Positions 28,761-37,775 of a DNA stretch of 64,000 nt are shown one piece after another. Every line of letters begins with the position of its first letter. Within the stretch, counting starts at the first letter, position 1. Below the pieces are notes generated by a model. The model saw nothing but the letters and a program-made list of their open reading frames with translations, was not told the origin of the DNA and did no database searches. Source of the stretch: Cloacibacterium sp. (lineage in GTDB: Bacteria > Bacteroidota > Bacteroidia > Flavobacteriales > Weeksellaceae); contig NZ_JASGJD010000001.1 in assembly GCF_047601505.1 (NCBI RefSeq), positions 2,621,427-2,685,426 of the forward strand, read 5' to 3'. The position numbers were made by a program, and so were the translations under genes.

Positions 28761-30107
28761 TTAAAGACTCAAAAAATTTTCTTGTGAAAGTGTTTTTTGT
28801 TCTCCCGAAATTAAATTTTTAATGGTAATATTACCTTCCGAAATTTCTTGTTCGCCAAGGAAAATTAGATTTTCAATTCCTTTTTTCTCAGCATACGTAA
28901 ATTGTTTCTTCAACTTCGTATTTTCAGGATAAATTTCCGCTGCAACACCTTTATCACGAAGTTTTGCTAAAATTTTCATTGCTTCCGAAGCTTCTTTTTC
29001 TCCGTAATTGGCAAAAAGATATTCTATTTTTCTTTCAGAATTTTGCGGAAAAAGATTCAATTCTTCCATCACAAGATAAATTCTATCCAAACCGAAAGAA
29101 ATTCCAATTCCAGGAATATTTTTCACACCAAAAACTTCCGTAAGATTGTTATATCTACCGCCACCGCCAATAGAACCCATTTCTACACCTTGCGCTTTTA
29201 CTTCAAAAATAGCTCCAGTATAATAATCTAAACCACGTGCTAAAGTTATATTGAAAACCAATCCGTCTTCAATTCCTAAATTTTTACAATTTTCTAAAAC
29301 AAATTCCAGCTCTTCTACTCCATTTTTACCTATTTCTACATTGGCAAAATTGGTTTTTAGAATTTCTAAAACTTCCGCTTGAGATTTATTATCGAAAAGG
29401 AAACTTAGTTTTTCAATAGCTTCATCAGAAATATTTTTCTCTTGAAGTTCTTTCATCACGCCATCTTTTCCAATTTTATCTAGTTTATCTAAAGCTACCG
29501 TAAAATCTATCAATTGCTCAGAAATATTGGCAAATTCTGCCAAACCAGAAAGAATTTTACGATTGTTGATGTGAATTTTTACAGGAATTTGCAATTCTTT
29601 GAAAGACTTCAAATACAGTTGCACCAATTCTACTTCTTGCCAAAGACTTTCGCTTCCTACCACATCAGCATCACACTGATAAAACTCTCTGAAACGTCCT
29701 TTCTGAGGTCTATCTGCTCTCCAAACTGGTTGAATTTGGTAACGTTTAAAAGGAAAAGTAAGTTGTCCATGATTCATCGCTACAAAACGCGCAAATGGAA
29801 CAGTTAAATCATAACGAAGTGCTTTTTCGGAAATCTTTTTAGTTAACGGTTGATAGTTGATAGTTGATAGTTCTTCTTTAGAAATTTTATCTAAAAAATC
29901 ACCAGAATTCAGAATTTTAAAAATCAAACGGTCGCCTTCTTCACCGTATTTTCCGGTTAAAGTAGATAGATTTTCAAAACTTGGCGTTTCCAAAGGTTGA
30001 AACCCAAACAATTCAAAATTCTTTTGTAAAGTATTGATAATGTATTTTCTGCGATATACTTCCTGCGCTGTAAAATCTCTAGTTCCTTTCGCTAAACTTG
30101 GCTTCAT
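28761..30107 (-). CDS. hisS: Histidine--tRNA ligase
   Basis: 448 aa class II aaRS with motif 2 ([13 protein letters not shown]), motif 3 (GGGRYNNL...GISFGLDR), and a C-terminal anticodon-binding domain. Confidence 0.96.
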   Translation of the reverse strand: MKPSLAKGTRDFTAQEVYRRKYIINTLQKNFELFGFQPLETPSFENLSTLTGKYGEEGDRLIFKILNSGDFLDKISKEELSTINYQPLTKKISEKALRYDLTVPFARFVAMNHGQLTFPFKRYQIQPVWRADRPQKGRFREFYQCDADVVGSESLWQEVELVQLYLKSFKELQIPVKIHINNRKILSGLAEFANISEQLIDFTVALDKLDKIGKDGVMKELQEKNISDEAIEKLSFLFDNKSQAEVLEILKTNFANVEIGKNGVEELEFVLENCKNLGIEDGLVFNITLARGLDYYTGAIFEVKAQGVEMGSIGGGGRYNNLTEVFGVKNIPGIGISFGLDRIYLVMEELNLFPQNSERKIEYLFANYGEKEASEAMKILAKLRDKGVAAEIYPENTKLKKQFTYAEKKGIENLIFLGEQEISEGNITIKNLISGEQKTLSQENFLSL

Positions 30108-30145
30108 TTTTTGTAATTGATAAATGATAATTGATGTTTGAATTG

Positions 30146-30153
30146 CAAAAATA
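30146..30153 (-). promoter_or_regulatory. -7 promoter box (TAnnTTTG) for hisS
   Basis: The minus strand reads tatttttg, 39 nt upstream of the ATG at 30107. Confidence 0.4.
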
Positions 30154-30265
30154 CGGATAAATAATATAATTGAAGTTTGATAATTGATAATTGATGTGCG
30201 TTTTTACCTAAATAAGCATTTGTAGATGTTTTTACACAAAAAATATCTATCCTTATTTAGAAACA

Positions 30266-30751
30266 TCACATTTCTTTCAGCATCCAGATATCACAACCAT
30301 CATGACCAGAATTTCCCAAAGGTTTTTCTAAATGTCGAAAACCTTGTTTTTCGTAGATGGAAACTGCTGTAGAAAACTCAGGAATGCTTTCTAAATATAT
30401 CTGAGAATAACCAAATTCTTTTGCCTTTTCTATGGTTTCTGCTAGTAATTTTCTGCCAACTCCTTTTCCTCTTCCTTTATTAGAAATGTAAAATTTCACC
30501 AATTCTGTACAATTTTCGGGTAAATTTTCTGTAGGAAAAATGCCACAACAACCTACCAATTCGTTTTCTAACTCGGCAACCCAAAGATAAGACTTTGGCG
30601 TCTGAAAAAGTTGATACAAATTATCAGTTGTAGAGTCTGTATAAACTGTTCCTTGGGTATTTTTCACACCAAAATCGTGAAAACAATTTCTAATTATAAT
30701 GGCTAATGCAGCGTTATCTGATTTTTGAATGGGTCTTACATTAATATTCAT
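30266..30751 (-). CDS. GNAT-family N-acetyltransferase
   Basis: 161 aa with acetyl-CoA binding motif ISNKGRGKGVGRKLL. Confidence 0.88.
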   Translation of the reverse strand: MNINVRPIQKSDNAALAIIIRNCFHDFGVKNTQGTVYTDSTTDNLYQLFQTPKSYLWVAELENELVGCCGIFPTENLPENCTELVKFYISNKGRGKGVGRKLLAETIEKAKEFGYSQIYLESIPEFSTAVSIYEKQGFRHLEKPLGNSGHDGCDIWMLKEM

Positions 30752-30793
30752 GCCTCAAAAATAAGGAAAAAAAATTCTAAATATTCTGATATT

Positions 30794-31091
30794 TCAAATT
30801 GCTAAAAGTTTTAATAAATTTGTCAATCTACGTTTACGACGATTATAAACACTTCGTTTTATCTTGCATTATATTGTTTTGGGAATTTGCCTAAAAAGAT
30901 GGTTTTCACTATCAACACCCTTAAATTCAGCTGTTAAGGCAAGCCTTATTAGCTCCAAATCTTTTAATTTTGTCGCTCGTCTTTGATAAGACAATAAATT
31001 TTCATTTGATATTTTTCGTAATACTTCCAAAATTGACTCCGTCGAACCACTTCGTTAGGTTTCTTTTGTAATTTGCGTCTATGTTGTTCAT
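30794..31091 (-). mobile_element. IS982-family transposase N-terminal remnant (frameshift + in-frame stop, C-terminal two-thirds missing)
   Basis: The reverse strand reads MNNIDANYKRNL..., then after a frameshift EVLRKISNENLLSYQRRATKLKDLELIRLALTAEFKGVDSENHLFRQIPKTI*CKIKRSVYNRRKRRL. As I recall it, the conserved IS982 N-terminus is ...SDLEVISL.ITAEYMSIDSE..LFR.LP...IERSVYNRRKRRL. It was not reported in the ORF track. Confidence 0.6.
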
Positions 31092-31328
31092 TGTAAATGT
31101 TTTGTAATTAATTCAATTTGCTAATTTTCAATCAAACAAACAACTTTTATCTCACTTAATTCATAATGCACAACGAATGAATATTGAATGAAATTAATGC
31201 TTTTAGACAAACTTTAATTAGGTGCAAAATCAAAAAAAACAATTTCTCAATTACTTAATTTACTCTTTTTAAGAAATTGAAATCTGAATAAAGAATATGT
31301 ATAACAATTCTGTTATTTATTTTTTTTA

Positions 31329-31336
31329 TATTTTTG
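31329..31336 (+). promoter_or_regulatory. -7 promoter box (TAnnTTTG)
   Basis: tatttttg lies 80 nt upstream of the ATG at 31416. Confidence 0.3.
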
Positions 31337-31415
31337 TTCCTTTGAATGATGGTTCAAAATTTGCTACAGACTTATAACTTTAGAAAATTTCTCTAATAAA
31401 ATAACCTTTAGCTCA

Positions 31416-32873
31416 ATGATACAAAAATTTCTCCTCCTTTTTTTATTCACATTTCTTCATAATATTTGTTTTTCGCAACAGGAGAAACAAATAACCAAAA
31501 CAGATAGCTTGCTAAATTTATCTGACAACTATATAAATGTAGATTATAAAAAATCTTTGCAATATGCAGAAGAAGCACTCATTATTGCAAAAAAAGAAAA
31601 CAATTCTAATAACAAGGTAAGAGTTTATTACTATGCAGCAAAATCTCTGGTTTTCTTCAGACAATTTGAAAAAGCTTCGCAATACATAGAAAAAGGACTT
31701 CAAGAAAAAGCCTTAAAAAATGACAACTTATTAAAAGCTAACTATTATACTCTACAAGCTTCGTATTATAGTAGAATGTCTTTGTTTGAACAACAGTTTA
31801 ATAATTTACGAAAAGCCTTAACGCTACTTAAATCAAAAAAAGACATAGAATCACAAATTTTAACTTCTAATATCTATACCTATTTTGCAGATTATTATAC
31901 TGAACTTCAAGATTATAAATTGGCAAATATATATTCAGACAAATCAATTTCAATAATTGAAAAAATACCTATAAATAAATATCTTTCTACTAAAAAAATC
32001 TATAAAAATAAAGCGTTTATATATTTTTATAAAAGCTGGATATACTTAGAACAAAAAAATCCACATCTGGCTTATCCTTTTATTGTTAAAGCATATAATC
32101 AAGCTGTACTAGAGAAAATAGACTATATGGCTCTTTTTAACGAAATATATGGAGACTACTATTATCAAACAAATGATTATAAAAAAGCTATTAATTTTTA
32201 TTTAAAAGCAGTAGATAACAAGATTAAATTTGGACAAAATCATGCAAATATTGACACAAAAATTGCCGATACTTATAAAAAAATAGGAAATAGTAACAAT
32301 GAAATTTATTATTTGAAAAGAGCAGAAGATAGGCGAAAAATAGACCAAAAAGAATACAATAAAATTATACGAAATGAATTAAATAGAATCGTTGTAAAAA
32401 AGAATATAGAAAAGAAAGAAAGCTACAATAAAATTACAATCATAACCCTAGCTTTTTGCATCTTACTTATTGTGCTTATATTAAGGATACGAATCGTTAG
32501 AAAAAGAAAGAGAGGAATTATAATAGAAAGAGAAAAAGAAATAGAAGAATTACAACAAAAAGTAACCGACACATTCTCAGAATTAAATGAATTAGCTAAA
32601 GAAAATTCTCCACATTTTTGGGGGCGATTTCAAGAAATACATCCTTATTTTGTTCAAAAATTATTAAAAATTAACCCTAATTTAAAAACTTCTGAACTTA
32701 CTTTATGTGCATACATTTATCTAGGCTTCTCCAATAAAGAAATTGCAGAATATACATTTAAAGCTATAAGAACTATTGAAAACAACAGATACAATTTAAG
32801 AAAAAAAATTAACTTAAATTCAACTGAAGATCTCACCGTATGGCTTAGAAAATATATAGACGAAACTTCTTAA
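31416..32873 (+). CDS. Membrane-anchored transcriptional regulator: signal peptide + TPR repeats + TM helix + coiled coil + LuxR-type HTH
   Basis: 485 aa with N-terminal signal MIQKFLLLFLFTFLHNICFSQ, TPR-like Y/A-rich repeats, TM ITIITLAFCILLIVLILRI followed by RKRKR, and C-terminal SELTLCAYIYLGFSNKEIAEYTFKAIRTIENNRYNLRKKI (GerE/LuxR HTH). Confidence 0.8.
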   Translation: MIQKFLLLFLFTFLHNICFSQQEKQITKTDSLLNLSDNYINVDYKKSLQYAEEALIIAKKENNSNNKVRVYYYAAKSLVFFRQFEKASQYIEKGLQEKALKNDNLLKANYYTLQASYYSRMSLFEQQFNNLRKALTLLKSKKDIESQILTSNIYTYFADYYTELQDYKLANIYSDKSISIIEKIPINKYLSTKKIYKNKAFIYFYKSWIYLEQKNPHLAYPFIVKAYNQAVLEKIDYMALFNEIYGDYYYQTNDYKKAINFYLKAVDNKIKFGQNHANIDTKIADTYKKIGNSNNEIYYLKRAEDRRKIDQKEYNKIIRNELNRIVVKKNIEKKESYNKITIITLAFCILLIVLILRIRIVRKRKRGIIIEREKEIEELQQKVTDTFSELNELAKENSPHFWGRFQEIHPYFVQKLLKINPNLKTSELTLCAYIYLGFSNKEIAEYTFKAIRTIENNRYNLRKKINLNSTEDLTVWLRKYIDETS

Positions 32874-32900
32874 TTGTATTTCATTTATAAAAAAACAAAA

Positions 32901-32928
32901 AAGACTACCTCAACAGGCGGTCTTTTTT
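32901..32928 (+). terminator. Probable terminator after the TPR-LuxR gene
   Basis: aagactacc-N7-ggcggtcttttttat, an imperfect stem followed by a T run. Confidence 0.45.
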
Positions 32929-33233
32929 ATTTATCCATAAACAACTGACTACCAAATAAAAGTAAAAAAAAGAGTAGTAATTGAGTGGTGCTTTTTTTTG
33001 TTCATATAAGGAGATTTATTCTTTTTGTAAATGAAATCCAAATGATGAAAAAAAACACACTGAAGAAAGGAATTTTCTATACAGTAGGTTTAGTATTATT
33101 CCTTTCAAACTTTTGTGTCATACATTTTATCCTTGCTATTTTTCAATCATTACCTAACCATCCAAATATTTTCATAAACAATAAAAAATAATTTTAGCAA
33201 CATAAAATCTCAACCAATTTATAAACACAACAC

Positions 33234-35588
33234 ATGAAAAAAATATTTATAGCCTTTCTGCTTTTTGCAGAAATTCTGAATGCACAAGTGGTTTTTAAAG
33301 ATGACTTTGGAGCAACAACAATACCCGTAGGAACTACTGACCTTACAACAGTAGAACTTAGAAAAACCTCCCCTTACATGACTACTGGCTCTGCAAGTAA
33401 CGCCTATCAATTTGCATATTCCAAAGCAACTCTTGCTGATGCAAACAATGTGTATGGAGCTAATGATTTAGAAAATGGGTATTACGCCGTAGTAGCTCCA
33501 GAATTAATATGGTATGGTGTAAATCAAAATGATTGGTACAGCTGGACTCAAACAGAAGGAAATTCCGCAAACACATCAAAATCTATCGTTTACGATCATA
33601 CATCAGGAGACACCCATGGTAATGTACTTGCTATTAACGCAGGTACTTTATCCAATGTACCCATCTATAAAAGAAGCGTAGCAGGGCTAACAAATAACTC
33701 TACTTATAGAGTTTCTTTTTGGTATTATATTGTAAATCCAAGTTCGCACGCAATTATTAGAATTAAAGATATTACTACAGGTGTTTTACTAGGAGAAAGT
33801 ACAGGAACTGTAATTTACAGTGCATCCACAGATTGGGCACAACTAAGTTATGATTTCACTATGCCATCAGGATGTAGTAGCCATGATATATCGGTAGAAA
33901 TATATAATACCTACTCTTCTACTTCTGGAAATGATTATTATATTGATGATATACAATTAGAAAAAATTACTTACAACGCTACTGCTCCTGTAATTAATTG
34001 CCCTACCACTTCTATGCCCATTGATTCGGATGGAGATGGCATCCCTGATGATATTGACCTAGATGATGACAACGATGGTATTTTAGATAGAGATGAAGCT
34101 GGCTGTGCATTTACGGGAATAAATTTAGAAGTTAGCAGTGTTGGTATTACAAATATAACACAAACCAAAAGTACCGTGAATGCCATTAATTATGGTGAAG
34201 GTAATGGTAAAAGACTAACTGATATGACTTTTGTAGATGGATCAAAAATGACTCGCGTCGCTGAGCCTACTTCTACTTTTGCTGTTCGAAGAAATAGTTT
34301 AACATTTGAAGGATCTCGTGCTTATGAAGTAATTTATGCTGAATCTTTAGCAAGTGGTGGTAACAATATCCTAATATCTCACCCTACAAATATGGAAGAA
34401 TTATTTGAAAAAGGATATTTGAATGCAGGAATGGATAATACTTTTCAAAATGCATCAGGGCAAAACGGTTCAAACATTGAGAGACTTGATATTCTATGGA
34501 AGAATGGAGTAAAAATTATTGATGCTAAAAACACTTATATTCTAGTTAATGAAAGAGGCGGACAGGAAAACGCAAGAATCTCTATTATTACAGGAATCTC
34601 TAGTTCTGACGAACCCACAGGGTTTTTGCAAGCACAAACAACTCCAAGCGTCAGAAGAAAAAAGACAATAAGTAACATGCAATACACCCTTCTTAGAAAA
34701 CCTACTGCTACTTCAGAGTATGAAATTACCTCAGGATCAAGCACACAAGATATGGTGGTTTCTATGCTATCTTTTGCTGAATTAGGCGTAAATAATGGTG
34801 ATACAATCTACGGATATTCACTTCTACCAAATGATGCCGTTGTAGATGGTTCAGGAAAGCCTTATCTTGACTGGACAAATCCTACCTATTATCCTACTAA
34901 TACCACAGACGGCGCAGACCTGGGTATCGTCTTTGGCCTTTATGAACCGTATTGCTCATACACTAAAGATACAGATGGAGATGGCATCCCAGATCACTTA
35001 GATTTAGACAGTGATAATGATGGTTGTCTAGATGCTATAGAAGGAGGAAACAATATATCTACTTCTCAACTTGTAAATACTGGAGGTTCTCTTTCTGTAG
35101 GCACTGGCTCTACAGCTTCAAACCAAAATCTTTGTGCGGGAAGCTCTTGTGTTGATGTTAGCGGTGTGCCTCTTATTGCAGGATCAAACGGACAAACAGT
35201 AGGAGATTCTCAAAATGCAGCCGTCAATTCTAAATGTAACGCCTCCTGCTACAAACCAGCAACAACAGATGGTAACATCTATCCTACAAAACATGGCATT
35301 ACTTCTTTAGGAAGAGCTGGTACAGATAGTGATAATTGGCCAATGGTAAGACAAAGCGCTTGGACGGTTTTAGAAGCAAAAACAAAAGGTTTCGTTATTA
35401 ATAGAGTGAAATTCAATGCTAGCAATTTACCTGTTGCTGATGATGGTACTACCTTAATTATTACAAACCCTGTAGAAGGAATGATGGTTTATGATACCAC
35501 CAATAATTGCTTGAAAATATACAGCACTACTGATAATGGAACTACTTTCGGGTGGTATTGTTTCGGTACTCAGGCTTGTCCTAATTAA
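33234..35588 (+). CDS. Large secreted protein: N-terminal CBM/galactose-binding-like domain, two thrombospondin-type-3-like Ca-binding repeats, Cys-rich region, C-terminal 'GMMVYDT' module
   Basis: 784 aa with signal peptide ...EILNAQ. It carries DSDGDGIPDDIDLDDDNDGILDRDE and DTDGDGIPDHLDLDSDNDGCLDAIE. The C-terminus ...NPVEGMMVYDTTNNCLKIYSTTDNGTTFGWYCF is shared with the next gene. I recognise no canonical T9SS CTD. Confidence 0.8.
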   Translation: MKKIFIAFLLFAEILNAQVVFKDDFGATTIPVGTTDLTTVELRKTSPYMTTGSASNAYQFAYSKATLADANNVYGANDLENGYYAVVAPELIWYGVNQNDWYSWTQTEGNSANTSKSIVYDHTSGDTHGNVLAINAGTLSNVPIYKRSVAGLTNNSTYRVSFWYYIVNPSSHAIIRIKDITTGVLLGESTGTVIYSASTDWAQLSYDFTMPSGCSSHDISVEIYNTYSSTSGNDYYIDDIQLEKITYNATAPVINCPTTSMPIDSDGDGIPDDIDLDDDNDGILDRDEAGCAFTGINLEVSSVGITNITQTKSTVNAINYGEGNGKRLTDMTFVDGSKMTRVAEPTSTFAVRRNSLTFEGSRAYEVIYAESLASGGNNILISHPTNMEELFEKGYLNAGMDNTFQNASGQNGSNIERLDILWKNGVKIIDAKNTYILVNERGGQENARISIITGISSSDEPTGFLQAQTTPSVRRKKTISNMQYTLLRKPTATSEYEITSGSSTQDMVVSMLSFAELGVNNGDTIYGYSLLPNDAVVDGSGKPYLDWTNPTYYPTNTTDGADLGIVFGLYEPYCSYTKDTDGDGIPDHLDLDSDNDGCLDAIEGGNNISTSQLVNTGGSLSVGTGSTASNQNLCAGSSCVDVSGVPLIAGSNGQTVGDSQNAAVNSKCNASCYKPATTDGNIYPTKHGITSLGRAGTDSDNWPMVRQSAWTVLEAKTKGFVINRVKFNASNLPVADDGTTLIITNPVEGMMVYDTTNNCLKIYSTTDNGTTFGWYCFGTQACPN

Positions 35589-35668
35589 TAAAAAAAATGA
35601 AAATAGGTTTTCGGTAGCAGGTATAAAAATCTGCTACTTCGAAAATCTTAAAATAAAATTCAAAAACG

Positions 35669-36187
35669 ATGAAAAATTTATTCTTCATAATGTTTGCTTT
35701 CTTTTCCTTTCAAATAAACGCTCAGGTAGCCATAGGGAAAAGCAATGTAACAAACGAAAACGTATCATTAGAATTCGGAAATGATAACAAAGGGATAATA
35801 TTGCCTTGGGTTGATTCTGAAACAGCAGTTTCGGGAGCTGTAAACGGAACAATTATTTATGATACTTATGCCAAGAAAGTAAAATATCTTAAAAACGGAA
35901 CTTGGTTTGACCTTAGTGTTGATACTAATGGTGTAGTAGATACAACATTACAAGATTCTAAAACAGACCTACCAAATGCAAAAGTAGCCATTGGAAAAGA
36001 TGCAGCAACAGATACTACGCCAGGGATTTTGGTGTTAACGGATGCAGACAAAGCAATGATTCTACCAAAAGTAGCCAGTCCGCATCTTAATATTAAGAAT
36101 CCTTCAGCAGGAATGATGGTATATGATACCGCAGCTCATCAATTGGCTGTTTTCAATGGTACTAATTGGAGTTTCTGGAAACCTTAG
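35669..36187 (+). CDS. Small secreted protein made of two copies of the 'ILPxV...GMMVYDT...NGTxW' module
   Basis: 172 aa with signal peptide ...FQINAQ. Copy 1: KGIILPWVDSETAVSGAVNGTIIYDTYAKKVKYLKNGTWFDL. Copy 2: KAMILPKVASPHLNIKNPSAGMMVYDTAAHQLAVFNGTNWSFW. Confidence 0.75.
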   Translation: MKNLFFIMFAFFSFQINAQVAIGKSNVTNENVSLEFGNDNKGIILPWVDSETAVSGAVNGTIIYDTYAKKVKYLKNGTWFDLSVDTNGVVDTTLQDSKTDLPNAKVAIGKDAATDTTPGILVLTDADKAMILPKVASPHLNIKNPSAGMMVYDTAAHQLAVFNGTNWSFWKP

Positions 36188-36844
36188 AAATATTAAAAAC
36201 CCAACAACACAAATAAAAAGAGATAACGCAATAAACAGAGTGAAGGTTATATAGATTCTATCAGTAATTTTTATCATAGTCTTACGAATCCTTTGATTCA
36301 GTTTTTTATAATGTAATTTAATAATCGAATCTCTGTTTTTTGCATATCTCAAATCAATTTTGGCAATTAAAAAGACAATCAGTACACCTTTTTAAAGGTT
36401 AATCAAAATTTACAATACAGCCTTCAGAGTCTTCATAGTTTTCATAGTTTTTTATCATTCAGTATGTTAAAAAAAATGTGTTTTAGAAAAGAGCAGCGTT
36501 CATCATAAATATCTGAAGGCTTTTTCAAATTGTATTGATAGGTGGTAATTTGTGAGTGTAATAATAAGAGTTATACTTCCTCTGACACAATTACTACTAT
36601 ATTAATAAGGATATTTCTGATATTAATAATTTCCTAGACTAGCGCAGACGAGTTCTATAAATTATCTCACGACAGAATTAGGCAAAAGAATTCTAGATAA
36701 GACAATCTGTTCTATAAGGTAATTGTTAGTAAAATGGTCTATAAAAATAATAGTGGTATATAAGCTCCATTATTATGAATTGAAGAGTATCCACAAAATA
36801 AACTTTGCAAATGTACATTGTAAAGAAATTTATTTAAATTTTTG

Positions 36845-36873
36845 AGGCTGTCTCACAAATGAGATAGCCTTTT
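36845..36873 (+). terminator. Orphan terminator-like hairpin in ORF-free DNA
   Basis: aggctgtctca-caaa-tgagatagcct + ttt. The 11-bp stem has one G-U pair. No ORF is upstream within about 650 nt. Confidence 0.45.
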
Positions 36874-37034
36874 ATAATTCTTCGAATTAATTTTTAAGAA
36901 ATTCTGTATATCTTCAAATAAAATCAAGCATTTTACATGTTGTAATTCTATCCAACGCTTAGGGAAACTTATACCTAATCCATAAAATGCGAACTTAAAA
37001 TTTAGGTTAGACCACTCTACTTTGTTAGAAATTG

Positions 37035-37058
37035 GCGAATCATCATTCGCATTTTTTT
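37035..37058 (+). terminator. Orphan short hairpin + T7 tract
   Basis: gcgaat-catc-attcgc followed by attttttt. Confidence 0.35.
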
Positions 37059-37126
37059 CTTAATTTAGTACGTAGAAAATTCAACTAAACTTAATCAATT
37101 AAGAAATCGTTTTTTTTCGAAAATTT

Positions 37127-37144
37127 ACAACGTATATACGTTGT
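37127..37144. promoter_or_regulatory. Perfect 18-bp palindrome, candidate operator
   Basis: acaacgtatatacgttgt is its own reverse complement. It ends 27 nt upstream of the ATG at 37172. Confidence 0.4.
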
Positions 37145-37171
37145 GGTTTGTGATAATTTTAAACTAATACT

Positions 37172-37678
37172 ATGCTCAACAAAGATTTTTTCAGAATTTT
37201 AATAAAGATAATTGGTCTTTATTTTTTTATTCAAGTTATTTTCAGTGTACTTCCTTCACAGATTTCTTTTTTAGGATTTGATACAGATTTAAGTCAAAAA
37301 ATTTTCTCAATAATCTATTTTTTGGCAATTATATTAGTTTCAATTCTCATTCTATATTTTCTAATTAGATTTCCTGATAAAATAATTAATTTATTCAAAC
37401 TTGATAAAGGATTTGATAATGAGATGATTTCTATTAAAAATTTTGATTCAAAAAACATATTAACCGTTGGTGTTTTTATTATTGGCGGATTTTTAATCCT
37501 TGAAAACATAACTACTCTAATTTCTTTACTTTATTTTGAGCTCAAGAATTCTTATAATCCAATGTTTCCGAAAGAAAACAATAATGGTTTAAATATTTTA
37601 TTTGCTGCATTAAATATTGTTTTAGGAAGTGCTTTAATAATATATCGAAAAAATATTTCCGAATATTTTGAAAAATAG
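37172..37678 (+). CDS. Hypothetical integral membrane protein (about 4 TM)
   Basis: 168-aa ORF with an ATG start and four hydrophobic segments. No family recognised. Confidence 0.6.
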   Translation: MLNKDFFRILIKIIGLYFFIQVIFSVLPSQISFLGFDTDLSQKIFSIIYFLAIILVSILILYFLIRFPDKIINLFKLDKGFDNEMISIKNFDSKNILTVGVFIIGGFLILENITTLISLLYFELKNSYNPMFPKENNNGLNILFAALNIVLGSALIIYRKNISEYFEK

Positions 37679-37775
37679 ACAATTAAAGTTTCATTAATTC
37701 AACTCTTGAAATTTAGTAATTCTACTACATATTTCCTCCTACTATTCTTTTACAATTTATTATTCCGAATTGAAA

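Noticed and set aside
30108-30265. T-box leader or mini-CRISPR in the repeat-containing hisS upstream region
   Set aside because: The repeats are 7-nt tandem units with no spacer structure. No T-box specifier or antiterminator elements are present, and T-boxes are not expected in this phylum.
32985-33191. 68-aa ORF (internal MMKKNTLKKGIFYTVGLVLFLSNF... with one TM) in the spacer before the 784-aa gene
   Set aside because: It could be a real small membrane protein. However, it has a non-ATG first start, no clear promoter or SD-like context and no recognisable family. There is too little evidence to call it.
35536-35784. 82-aa + strand ORF bridging the two secreted-protein genes
   Set aside because: It is out of frame with, and overlaps, both supported genes. 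Its translation is basic low-complexity sequence.
36104-36352. 82-aa minus-strand ORF with a TTG start
   Set aside because: It overlaps the 3' end of the well-supported 172-aa gene by 84 nt and has a non-ATG start and no family resemblance. It may be a relic.
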